From an uncultured Bacteroidales bacterium (GTDB lineage: Bacteria > Bacteroidota > Bacteroidia > Bacteroidales > UBA932): 64,000 bases of DNA. Made by a program: the position numbers and the translations under genes. Position 1 is the first letter of the stretch, and the number at the start of each line of letters is the position of its first letter. Below, piece after piece: positions 38,979-48,689 of this stretch. The stretch covers positions 524,881-588,880 of the forward strand of contig OZ007033.1 of assembly GCA_963931625.1 (NCBI GenBank). The letters are read 5' to 3'. The notes beneath the pieces are model-generated. The model did no database searches. It was not told the origin of the DNA and worked only from the letters and a program-made list of their open reading frames with translations.

Positions 38979-41900
38979 TTAGAATGTTATGTTCAGCCCG
39001 AAACTGTATATCTTGACAAGAGGATATGCCCCGTTCCTGTCAGTCAGGGCCTCCGGGTCTATAAAATCCAGGCCCGTGAATGTCAGAAGGTTGTATCCTG
39101 AGAAAGAGACATTCAGAGACTTGACGCCTACAGCCTTCAGCCAGCCTTTCCCGGGGAATGTATAGCCGAGGGTAACAGTCTTAAGACGCAGATAGGAGGC
39201 GTCCCTGAGCCAGAGGGTGGAAGGCTCGGAATTCCAGGTCTCGGATGTTTCCGCTGCGCGAGGAAGCGTTCCGTCCTGATGATCCACCGTCCAGCAGTCA
39301 TCATAGAAATATTTGAGAAGGCCGCGGCCGCCGGCGTTGGTGAAAGGTATCCTGTATTCCAGGTCCATCAGCTTGTTCACATTCGTGGCCCCTGTCCACT
39401 GCATGGAGAAATTGAATCCCTTGAAATTGAATCCGGCGTTAAGGCCGAAGACATATTCCGGAATCGTGGAATATCCGGTGACCATCTTGTCATCCCCGTT
39501 TATGATCCCGTCGCCGCTGACATCCTCATACATGGCATCACCGGGATATACCGTCGATGTCGGCTGCGGAAGTTCCGGATTCAGGATCAGGGTGCCGTCC
39601 GGACCTTCAGTGAAATCGCTGTACTGGTACAGGCGGACGAATTTGTACAGCCCGGTATAGCGTCCCACCGAACCTCCTGTCTGGTTCTGCCATGGAAATA
39701 CGCTCTCGACTTCGTCCATATAGATGATCTTGTTGCGGGCAAAGGAAACGTTTGCAGTCGCGAAATATTCGAAGCCGCTTTTAGTCTTGTCGCTCCAGCC
39801 GAGGGACACTTCATATCCATGGTTGTTCACCTCGCCGATATTCAGGGACGGAAGTGTGATCGCTATGATGGACGGAGTGTTGTTTGGCTTCAGCAGGATG
39901 CCGGTACGGTGCTCGAAGAACCAGTCGAAATTCAGGGAAAGCCTGTTTCTGAGGAACTCCGCATCGAGTCCGTAATTCTGCTTGACCGCGGTCTCCCAGG
40001 TCACGCCGTCGTTGCCGACCGTGCCTTCTCCGTATGCCTCGGAGGAATTCGGATTGCTCTCGCCGAAATTGTAGTTTCCGTTGGAGCCCCATGTGGTCGG
40101 CATATACATGAATCTCGTGGTGCCGAGGTCGTTGCCGACTTTCCCGAGAGAAGCCCTCAGCTTAAGGTAGCTGATGAAATTCTGGCTCTCCATGAAAGGC
40201 TCTTCGCTGATGACCCAGCCTATAGAGCCCGATGGGAAGGCACCGTAACGGGTCTTGCCCGGGGCGAAATTCTCCGAACCGTTGTAGCCGATGCTCACAT
40301 CGGCAAGATATTTCCCCTTGTAGTTATATGTGACACGGCCGACGAAGCCCACATAGCTGTGCGGAATATACTGGTAGGAGGAGGCGTCGCCCGTACTGTA
40401 TCGGGGATAGTAGTCACGGGACTGGTTGTAGAGGAACATGGCCGATACCTTGTGTTCGCCTTTCGGGCCGAATGCCCTGTCCCAGTTCAGTTTTCCCTCA
40501 ATGTACCAGTTCCTGTCACGCCCGTTCTCCTCCGAATACCGAAGGATGTCGTCTGTACCGTCAGGCACCAGGATTATGCTCTTGTCATAGTCCGGATCGG
40601 TCATGGGCTTGTCCGGGTCGTCATAGAACGAGGCGTAATATATACGCTGCAGCTCGGTACCCCAGGACTCCCTTTTCTTGTGGGTGTTGAAGTTGTTGTC
40701 GTACGCCCCTTTCAGCGTAAGGGAAAGCCCGTCGGTAATGAAGTCCAGACGCTGGTTTATCTCCACATCGATGTTGAGAGTGGTGTTGTAGTGCTGTTCA
40801 TAGCCGTAGCCCATGAATGTGAAGTAGCCGTCCCTGCCCAGCTCTATCCCCGTCGGCACGGACTCCTCCGGGACCAGGGTCCTGCGTCCGTTTATCAGAC
40901 CGGGACTGACCAAAGGCACTGTCCAGATGGTAATGGAATTCCACTCCGAGCCATCGATCTTTACCGAAAGCGGGGACTGCTGCTTGCCGACATAGCCTCC
41001 GATGTTGAACTTCATGGTGGTGCTCGGTGAGAGACTGAAATCGAGGTTTGCGCGGTAGTTGTACCTGTTGTAGCTGTAGTTGTTGTTATAAGGAATGCTC
41101 TCGACCTGCTTCAGTACACCGTTCTGGTAGAGGTAGCCCATTGACACGAAATACCGGGCATTCTTGCTGCCTCCGGAGATGTTGATGTTGTTCTTCGTCT
41201 GGACGAAGACATCGTTGAGCACCACCTCCCTCCAGTTCACATTCGGATAGAAAAGAGGGTCGGAACCTGTCCGGTAGGCCTCTATGGCATAGTCGGTGAA
41301 ATATTTCCTGGCGTCTGTCTCCCTGTCGTTGCGCATCTTCATGTTCCAGAAGGTGGCGTATTCGTAGCTGCCGACCTGTTCCACCATGGCGCACGGCTGC
41401 TGCAGACCGGTGTTCGTACTGACCGAGATGCTAGGCTTTCCTTCCTGTCCTCTTTTTGTGGTGATGAGGATGACTCCGTTGGCCCCCCTCACGCCGAAGA
41501 CTGCCGTGGAGGCTGCATCCTTAAGTATGGAAAAATTCTCGATTTCGTTAGGATCTATCTGGGAAAAGTCGCGTTCGACTCCGTCGACCAATACAAGAGG
41601 CTTCGAAGAGGAGCTTGACAACGAACCGACTCCCCTGATGTAAATGTCCGCAGCGTCTTCACCAGGCTGTCCTGTCGTCTGGACAGTCGCTACGCCGGGC
41701 ACGCTGCCCGCCAATACATTTGTGATACTCGACACCGGAGGTTTTATGAGTTCCTTGGTGTTCACCACGGCCAACGAGCCGGTTATGGTCGCCTTGGTCT
41801 GCGTACCGTACCCGATGACGACCACTTCATCGAGATGCTGCATGTCTTCATCAAGGGTGATGGACCTGACCGCCGGCGAGGATGCCTCCATCTCCACATC

Positions 41901-42435
41901 CTTGAATCCAAGGCATGAAAACAGGAGCACAGCCCCGGGATCGGAAACAGCCATCGACCAGTTGCCGTCAAAGTCTGTCGTCACGCCGTTGTCCGTACCT
42001 TTTTCAAGGATGAACGCCCCCACCACCGGCTCCCCTTCCGGATCTTTTACACATCCATGGACAACCACGGGCTTCCCCGGTTCTTTATAGGATGCTCCCT
42101 TGTCCTTTTTCGTCTTTTTCCACACGGTTATCTGCCGGTTACGGACATTGTATTCCGTTCCGGGCCCGAGAATACTGTCGAGGACGGCATTTATCGAAGC
42201 ATCCTCAAAAGAAACTGTGACCTTCTTTTCCATATCCAGGGCATCATCCCTGAATATGAAACGATAGCCATAATCTTTTTCAAGTTGCGATATGACCTCC
42301 TTCAGCGGCCGGTCCACGGCCCTGACATTTATAGCTTCCCCCCCCCTGTGCGAAAATGCCGGTCGGGAGCAGCATAAATGCAGCCAACAATAACATTGCA
42401 AGCCGGTGCCTGCAATACAGAAAATTTTTTAACAT
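38979..42435 (-). CDS. susC: SusC/RagA TonB-dependent transducer (STN signalling domain + NTE), interrupted by a frameshift at a G9 tract
   Basis: ATG 42435 reads MLKNFLYCRHRLAMLLLAAFMLLPTGIFAQ (signal peptide) but stops at TGA 42280-82. The body (EAINVRAVDRPLKEVISQLEK..., FGVRGANGVILITTK, YSFGLNITF) lies in the +1 frame; G8 would join the two parts. Confidence 0.88.
42338..42346 (-). repeat. G9 homopolymer at the susC frameshift
   Basis: Forward C9 at 42338-42346. Confidence 0.9.
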
Positions 42436-42488
42436 ATTTCAGTTGTTAATGATAGTGTCATAATCCATGCGGTCCATTGTCCGTACCG

Positions 42489-43430
42489 TCATTTCGCCCT
42501 CACCGATACCTCTGTTCCGGAAATCTGCCGTATTTCAACCGGAACCATCATCGAAATCGTGTTCAATGCCGTTCCAAGACCTTCGTCGAGCACCAGCTTG
42601 CCGTTGACCGTGATCCCTTCAAAGTCCTTTTCATCCCATAATATCGTTACGCCGTAATACAGCCTGAGCCTGCGGAATATGTCGGACACGGATGCCTGCC
42701 TAAGCATTATATATCCTTTTGTCCATGATGTATAGTCTTCGGGGTCAATATCTTCCACCGTGCCGGTGCCAGACTCCGTGTCATAGACGAACCTCTGGGA
42801 CGGCTCCAACCTCACATTCTCCTCCGAATCCGCACCTCCGGCTTCAACAACCCCATCCACAAGCACCACGGACTGGACATCATCGTATGCAGTCACATTG
42901 AAGACTGTCCCAAGCACCCGGACTTCCATACCCTGTGGTGTCTGCAGCACGAACGGCCTGTCTTCGTCATGCGCCACATCGAAATATGCCTCCCCTTCAA
43001 GCCTTACGTGTCTTTCGGTTTTGCCGCAGTCTACAATCTCAAGTCTTGACCCGGAATTCAACCTGACCTTCGTCCCGTCATTCAGAACCGTTTCGGTCTG
43101 ATGCCCGAACGGCGCCGACAGGGAAGCAATGGCCAGATCCTCTGCCTGTCCTCCGTCATCCGGTCTGAAGAACCAGACCCCCACGGCCACTGCAGCAGCT
43201 GCTGCGGCACTTCCAATCCATCCGATTATCCTGTGCCACTTTCCGCTTCCTGCCGGGGCCGCGGCAACTTCCTCATCCGAAAGAAGCAGGGCCTCGTATA
43301 TTCTCCGGAAAGCCTGCAGCTCTTTTCTGTTGGCATCATCGGACTTTGCCCATTCCATAATCCTGAGTCTCTCTTCCAAAGTAGCCTCGCCTCTCAGATA
43401 TTTCAATATCTGTCCATAATCATTCTCCAT
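42489..43430 (-). CDS. FecR-family anti-sigma factor
   Basis: N-terminal ILKYLRGEAT..E, one TM helix, LNDGTKVRLNSGS, LEGEAYFDV, VLGTVFNV, SWTKG. Start moved to 43430 (MENDYG). Confidence 0.92.
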   Translation of the reverse strand: MENDYGQILKYLRGEATLEERLRIMEWAKSDDANRKELQAFRRIYEALLLSDEEVAAAPAGSGKWHRIIGWIGSAAAAAAVAVGVWFFRPDDGGQAEDLAIASLSAPFGHQTETVLNDGTKVRLNSGSRLEIVDCGKTERHVRLEGEAYFDVAHDEDRPFVLQTPQGMEVRVLGTVFNVTAYDDVQSVVLVDGVVEAGGADSEENVRLEPSQRFVYDTESGTGTVEDIDPEDYTSWTKGYIMLRQASVSDIFRRLRLYYGVTILWDEKDFEGITVNGKLVLDEGLGTALNTISMMVPVEIRQISGTEVSVRAK

Positions 43431-43540
43431 AACGGCTGTCTTTTTCGGGTAAAACAACAATAAGTCCCTCCAGAACGGAAAGACCCTAAACATTTTTGAA
43501 AAAATTTCTGATTTTTATGAAAATTTGTCACTGAAGGCTG

Positions 43541-44107
43541 TCACAGACCGAGGAAAACGGCTATCAAAGGCAGATAGTCCTTCAGCGATACCCTCAAGGC
43601 TTTCAATGCTTTGGATATATGGTATTCGACCGTTTTCTCCGTAATGCCCATCTTCTCCGCAATCTCCTTGTTGGTCATTCCGTTGAAACGGCTCAGACTG
43701 AAGACACGACCCGTCTTCCCGCCGAGTGAATCAAGGGTGTCATGCAGTATCTTCTGCACATCCCCGGCAAACAATGTATGCGGATCACAGGATTCGAGAG
43801 CCTCTATCCTGAACTTGAGTTCATCCCTGATGTCCCTGCTCATGTCATCATGGACCTTTGACTTCAGGCTCTCATGCCGGAGATGCCTCAGCGCCTTGTT
43901 CCGTATGACCGAAAAAAGAAACGGAAGGACCATCTGTATCTCTTCACCTGCCGAACGGCGCTCCCAATACAAAGACAATGCTTCCGCCGCTATCGATTCC
44001 GCAACATTCTGATCAAATACATAAGACCTGGCGAAAAGGACGCAGCGCCTGAAATAGTTGGAATAATTGTCTTCGAAGCCTGACTTGTCATTCTTTCTCC
44101 GTATCAT
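43541..44107 (-). CDS. ECF sigma-70 factor (Bacteroides expansion type)
   Basis: Region 2 (FSVIRNKALRHLRHE) and region 4.2 (SRFNGMTNKEIAEKMGITEKTVEYHISKAL). Start 44107 lies downstream of a consensus promoter. Confidence 0.93.
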   Translation of the reverse strand: MIRRKNDKSGFEDNYSNYFRRCVLFARSYVFDQNVAESIAAEALSLYWERRSAGEEIQMVLPFLFSVIRNKALRHLRHESLKSKVHDDMSRDIRDELKFRIEALESCDPHTLFAGDVQKILHDTLDSLGGKTGRVFSLSRFNGMTNKEIAEKMGITEKTVEYHISKALKALRVSLKDYLPLIAVFLGL

Positions 44108-44127
44108 CGTCCATTTTTTCAGAGATA

Positions 44128-44158
44128 CAAATGTAGTAATTTCAACATTGTCTGCAAA
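44128..44158 (-). promoter_or_regulatory. Consensus sigma-A promoter TTTG-N19-TACATTTG for the ECF sigma gene
   Basis: Forward CAAATGTA at 44128-35 and CAAA at 44155-58. Confidence 0.7.
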
Positions 44159-44207
44159 CCGCATCACACATGACATCGCTCTGTACCGGCATCACCTGCA
44201 CCCATAG

Positions 44208-44861
44208 TCACCCGAAAAGTTCACGCAGGACGCGGAGGGAATTGACATTGAGGGAAGACTCGATGTGATATTCGATGTAGCGGAGAATCTCTTCGGCGAG
44301 GGTGTTGCGGAGAGGGCCGGAGAGAGGAATGAGCATGCTTTCGCTGAAGGATGCCTTCAGAAAACGGTCCATGATGGCGATATGGTCATGGGCGAAAGGA
44401 AGAAAGTCATCCGTCGCAGGGCTGAAGCCGAGGACGACGGTCAGCTCCAGCAGAAACCTTATATGGAAATTGCTGAAGTCGGACTCCATGGCATCCAGCA
44501 GGAGGATGTTCTTCTCGCACCATTCAAAAAGACCCTGTTCCATGGCGCCGTCCTTGACCGTGCGGTACAGGACTTCGCTGAGGAAAAGGGTGATGGAATT
44601 CTTGCTGACGCTGTTGCGGATGCCGACAAGGGGATGTCTTGACGCTATGTTCTTCGCGGTGAAGAGGGTGGAGCGGGAAGACTCTGTTATGTCAGCCTCG
44701 ACCACATTCATCGGCAGGAACAATGACATCGCGGACTTCTTCCCCACACCGCGCACGAGGAAACTCCTCCTCCCGTACTCCCTGCTGAGGGTATGGATGA
44801 CGAGGGAGTTCTCCCCCACCTTGGTGGTGTGCAGGACTATCAGCTCCGCAGAAACTGTCAT
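44208..44861 (-). CDS. recO: DNA repair protein RecO
   Basis: N-terminal OB fold LIVLHTTKVGENSLVIHTLSREYGRRSFLV; FLLELTVVLGFSP; YIEYH...NSLRVLRELF. Confidence 0.85.
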   Translation of the reverse strand: MTVSAELIVLHTTKVGENSLVIHTLSREYGRRSFLVRGVGKKSAMSLFLPMNVVEADITESSRSTLFTAKNIASRHPLVGIRNSVSKNSITLFLSEVLYRTVKDGAMEQGLFEWCEKNILLLDAMESDFSNFHIRFLLELTVVLGFSPATDDFLPFAHDHIAIMDRFLKASFSESMLIPLSGPLRNTLAEEILRYIEYHIESSLNVNSLRVLRELFG

Positions 44862-45496
44862 TGTTTCAGGGAATTCAGGTATTCCGCCATGGCCCTGAGC
44901 GCCTTGCCCCTGTGGGAAATGGCATTCTTCTGCTCCTCGGTGATTTCGGCGAGGGTCCTGTCCGGAAACTCGTCCGGAATGAACACCGGGTCATAGCCGA
45001 AGCCGCCGTTCCCGGCCTTGGCCCGGGCAATCGTACCTTCGAGAGTGCCTTCAAAAATGTGCTTTTCGCCGTCAAGGATGAGGGTGACAACGCTTCTGAA
45101 CCTTGCCCTGCGCGAAACAGGACGCATTTTCAGGCCTACGGATGCGGCCATCGAGGCTTCGGTCTCCAGGACTGAAAGCTCATAGAGAAGCTTGTCCATG
45201 TTCCTGTTGAAATCCTTGTCTTCACCGGCATAGCGGGCCGTATATACGCCCGGAGCACCGCCAAGGGCATCAACTTCAAGACCTGTGTCATCAGCAAAAC
45301 AAGCCTGCCCGCATCTGTCCCAGATGTATTGGGCCTTCTGTACAGAATTGGCCTTCAATGTCTTGCCTGTCTCAGGAATTTCTTCAGAAATGCCTGACTG
45401 TGCGGGGGTAACGAGCTCAAATCCCTCGCCGAGGATCTCAGATGCCTCACGCAGTTTTCCGCCATTGCCCGTTGCAAAAACGATCTTCATAATCAA
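44858..45496 (-). CDS. rdgB: Non-canonical purine NTP pyrophosphatase (RdgB/HAM1)
   Basis: FATGNGGKLRE, ADDTGLEVDALGGAPGV, GFGYDPVF, KNAISHRGKA. Confidence 0.93.
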   Translation of the reverse strand: MIMKIVFATGNGGKLREASEILGEGFELVTPAQSGISEEIPETGKTLKANSVQKAQYIWDRCGQACFADDTGLEVDALGGAPGVYTARYAGEDKDFNRNMDKLLYELSVLETEASMAASVGLKMRPVSRRARFRSVVTLILDGEKHIFEGTLEGTIARAKAGNGGFGYDPVFIPDEFPDRTLAEITEEQKNAISHRGKALRAMAEYLNSLKQ

Positions 45497-45529
45497 CTGC
45501 TTTTATATTTTCACTACTTAAAACCGGTG

Positions 45530-45588
45530 CAAAGGTATTAAACAGATTTTAAATCTGCTTTATTATCGGCATTTTTTTCATAAATTTG
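45530..45588. promoter_or_regulatory. Divergent -7 boxes for rdgB-recO (TACCTTTG, minus) and the S41 protease (TAAATTTG, plus)
   Basis: CAAAGGTA at 45530-37 and TAAATTTG at 45581-88; palindrome CAGATTT-T-AAATCTG at 45543-57 lies between them. Confidence 0.55.
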
Positions 45589-45607
45589 CGATTTTGGAAA
45601 ATTACTG

Positions 45608-47230
45608 ATGAAAATGATAAGATTCATACCGGCTGCGCTTGCCGCCGTCCTCATTTCGGCGTCAGCCTGTGCCCAGTCCAAAAGTTTCAAGCTCGGGCAA
45701 TGGGTAGAGATAGAAAATTCCATATTGAAGGAACTGAACAGGTCCTATGTGGACTCGCTGCCGCTTGACAGGATGATGAGAAGCGGGATCGACGCAATGC
45801 TTGAAAACCTCGACCCGTACACCATGTATATACCCGAGGAGGAAAATGAAGACCTCCAGATGATGCTGTCAAAGACATACGGAGGCATCGGAGCCATCAT
45901 CTACAAGCAGGTGGACAGCAATGTGGTGATAAACGAGCCGTACTACGGCTCCCCTGCCTATAAGAACGGGCTTGTCTGCGGAGATGAGATAATTTCCATC
46001 GACGGGAAGCCGACCAAAGGTCTTGCCGCAGCTGAAAGCAGCGACAGGATGAAGGGCAAGCCGGGCACGACCGTCAATTTCAAGGTAAAGAAACTCCGCA
46101 GCGGAGACACCGTGGATGTGGCCATAGTGCGCGAAAGGATACACATCCCGGATGTGGAATATGTAGGGATGCTGGATGACACCACCGGCTACATCAAGCA
46201 GACCGGATTCACGGAAAATGTGTCCGACGACATCCGTAGCGGCTATTTCAAGCTCAAGGAGCAGGGCATGAAAAAGCTCATCCTCGACCTGCGCGGCAAC
46301 GGAGGCGGGCTCATGAACGAGGCAATCAACATTGTTTCCCTTTTCGTGCCGAAAGGATCGCTCGTGGTGACGGCAAAGGGCAATACCCCTGCGTCAGTCA
46401 CGGAATACAGGACTTCTTCCGAGCCGGTGGACACGCTGATACCGCTGGTGGTGATGGTGGACTCCGGCTCGGCATCATCCTCTGAAATCGTGTCAGGAGC
46501 CATCCAGGACCTTGACAGGGGGACCATCATGGGCCAGAGGACATACGGAAAGGGACTGGTACAGTCCATCCGCCCGATCACCTACAACGGACAGCTGAAG
46601 GTGACCACCGCCAAATACTACACCCCGAGCGGAAGATGCGTGCAGGCCATCGACTACAGCCACCGCAATGAGGACGGCAGCGTAGGCCATATTCCGGACT
46701 CCCTCACACATGAATTCAAGACTGCCCACGGACGCACGGTGCGTGACGGCGGCGGCATCACTCCTGATGTGATGATAGAGTCGCCTTCATACAGCAGGCT
46801 CGTCTATTCTCTTGTCCTTTCCGGTGTAATAGACAACTTCGTGCTGAAATATGTCCGCGAGCATGACAACATCCTGCCTGTGGATGAATTCCATCTGTCG
46901 GAGAAGGACTTCGAGGAGTTCATAGAATTCGCCAAGACACAGGAGTTTGACTACAGGAGCAGCGCAAAGACACTCTTCGACCAGATGAAGAAGGAGATTG
47001 AAAAAGACGGGCTCACAGAACCGATGAAGGCGGAACTTGACGCCCTCGAAAAGGCCCTCGACATGGACAAGGAAAGGTTCATCAGGCTCAAGCGTGAAGA
47101 AATCAGGCCGTTCATCGAAGAAGAGATTGCAGTCCGCTACTGGTATCAGGAAGCCGGAGTGAAGATTGCCCTCCGCTACGACGACCAGCTGAAAAAGGCA
47201 ATGGCGTCGCCTCTGATTACGGTCAATTGA
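45608..47230 (+). CDS. S41A C-terminal processing peptidase (PDZ + S41)
   Basis: Signal peptide, LDPYT, GGIGAII (PDZ), DLRGNGGG, SASSSEIV (catalytic S), TYGKGLVQ, TAKYYTPSGR, GGITPDV. Confidence 0.92.
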   Translation: MKMIRFIPAALAAVLISASACAQSKSFKLGQWVEIENSILKELNRSYVDSLPLDRMMRSGIDAMLENLDPYTMYIPEEENEDLQMMLSKTYGGIGAIIYKQVDSNVVINEPYYGSPAYKNGLVCGDEIISIDGKPTKGLAAAESSDRMKGKPGTTVNFKVKKLRSGDTVDVAIVRERIHIPDVEYVGMLDDTTGYIKQTGFTENVSDDIRSGYFKLKEQGMKKLILDLRGNGGGLMNEAINIVSLFVPKGSLVVTAKGNTPASVTEYRTSSEPVDTLIPLVVMVDSGSASSSEIVSGAIQDLDRGTIMGQRTYGKGLVQSIRPITYNGQLKVTTAKYYTPSGRCVQAIDYSHRNEDGSVGHIPDSLTHEFKTAHGRTVRDGGGITPDVMIESPSYSRLVYSLVLSGVIDNFVLKYVREHDNILPVDEFHLSEKDFEEFIEFAKTQEFDYRSSAKTLFDQMKKEIEKDGLTEPMKAELDALEKALDMDKERFIRLKREEIRPFIEEEIAVRYWYQEAGVKIALRYDDQLKKAMASPLITVN

Positions 47231-47231
47231 C

Positions 47232-48596
47232 ATGCAGAAAATCAAGGACATCCTGAGGATAGGCGTCCCGATAATGCTGGGACAGGCCTGCGTGATAATC
47301 CTCAGCTTTGCCGACAACATAATGATAGGATGGTACGGGGTGGACGATCTGGCCGCCTCGTCTTTTGTGAACGGCATCATCAACCTGTTCATATTCACCG
47401 AACTCGGCTTCGCCTGCGGGCTCACGCCCGTGGTGGGCTCGATGTTCGGACAGGGAGACAGCCGGGGCATAGGCACGGCAGTCAAGAACAGCCTCGCCCT
47501 CAACGGCATCATCGGCGTTGCGGGGCTTGCAATTCTTGCCGTCATCTATCTTTTCCTTGACAGGTTCGGACAGGAGCCGCATCTCCTGCCGCTGATACGG
47601 CCATATTTCATAGTGGTCGGCCTGTCCACCATATTCGCCTTCGGATTCAACACTCTCAAGCAGTTCACGGACGGCATCTGCCAGCCCGTGGTGTCGATGT
47701 CGCTGCTCATGGGAGGCAACCTGCTGAACATCTTCGGCAACTGGGTCCTGATATACGGCAAGCTCGGCTTCCCTGAACTGGGACTTCTCGGGGCCGGGCT
47801 CAGCACCCTGTTTTCGAGGATCGTGATGCTGGTGATATTCGTCATATACATTGCCAAGGCAAGGAGACTCCGGGAATATACCGACAGCTTCCGCAAGGCA
47901 AGGGTCAGCGGGACCGGCATCAGGCGGCTGTTCAACCTGGGCTATCCCCTCGCCCTCCAGACCGGCATGGAGACATCCACATTCTCCGTCAGCGCAGTCA
48001 TGGCAGGATGGATCGGGGCCACAGCTCTCGCCGCCCACCAGGTGACACTGACCATCTCCCAGATATGTTTCATGCTCATGACCGGACTTGCCACGGCAGT
48101 GTCGGTGCTTGTCAGCAATTCATACGGGAAAAATGACCTGAAATCCGTAAAGGAATATTCTACAAAAGGATATTTCATGATACTGTCCGTCTCCGTGTTC
48201 TTCTGTGCGATGATCTATCTGTTCAGATACCCGATCATCGGCATGTTCACCGATTCCCCGGAAGTGACGGCAACAGCACTGTCGCTCCTGTTCGTCCTGT
48301 TCACCTACCAGTTCGGCGACGGGCTCCAGCTCTGCTTCTGCAATGCACTCAGGGGCATCCAGGATGTCAAGCCCATCATGGTCATGGCTTTCATCAGCTA
48401 TTATATCATAGCCATCCCGGCGGCATATCTCCTCGGATTCAAGACAGGACTCGGCGTCACAGGCATCTGGATGGGCTTCCCGATCGGACTCACTACCGCA
48501 GGGATCTTCTATTTCCTGCGTTTCCGGCACCGGCTCAGGATCCAGGGCAACCCGGGTACACTGCAGATCCAGGACCGGCATGGAGAAAAAGATTGA
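47232..48596 (+). CDS. MATE-family efflux transporter (NorM-like)
   Basis: ADNIMIG, GKLGFPELGLLGAG, QFGDGLQ, LRGIQDVK, GIWMGF. Confidence 0.88.
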   Translation: MQKIKDILRIGVPIMLGQACVIILSFADNIMIGWYGVDDLAASSFVNGIINLFIFTELGFACGLTPVVGSMFGQGDSRGIGTAVKNSLALNGIIGVAGLAILAVIYLFLDRFGQEPHLLPLIRPYFIVVGLSTIFAFGFNTLKQFTDGICQPVVSMSLLMGGNLLNIFGNWVLIYGKLGFPELGLLGAGLSTLFSRIVMLVIFVIYIAKARRLREYTDSFRKARVSGTGIRRLFNLGYPLALQTGMETSTFSVSAVMAGWIGATALAAHQVTLTISQICFMLMTGLATAVSVLVSNSYGKNDLKSVKEYSTKGYFMILSVSVFFCAMIYLFRYPIIGMFTDSPEVTATALSLLFVLFTYQFGDGLQLCFCNALRGIQDVKPIMVMAFISYYIIAIPAAYLLGFKTGLGVTGIWMGFPIGLTTAGIFYFLRFRHRLRIQGNPGTLQIQDRHGEKD

Positions 48597-48615
48597 ATTA
48601 TTGCAGGGTTCTTCT

Positions 48616-48623
48616 TATCTTTG
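48616..48623 (+). promoter_or_regulatory. -7 box (TATCTTTG) for ROK-manA
   Basis: Exact TAnnTTTG about 65 nt upstream of the ROK ATG. Confidence 0.55.
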
Positions 48624-48689
48624 TAAGATGTGCCATAAGGCAGACCGTATGAAACAATACATGGAAACAAATCACAAAAGATAACACAA

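Noticed and set aside
39279-41030. 583-aa plus-strand ORF
   Set aside because: Lies entirely antisense to SusC; a stop-free shadow frame with no recognisable domain or start signals.
38979-42401. ORF-track SusC start at 42401 (MQCYCW...)
   Set aside because: The codon is TTG and the N-terminus has no signal peptide; the true start is ATG 42435 in another frame.
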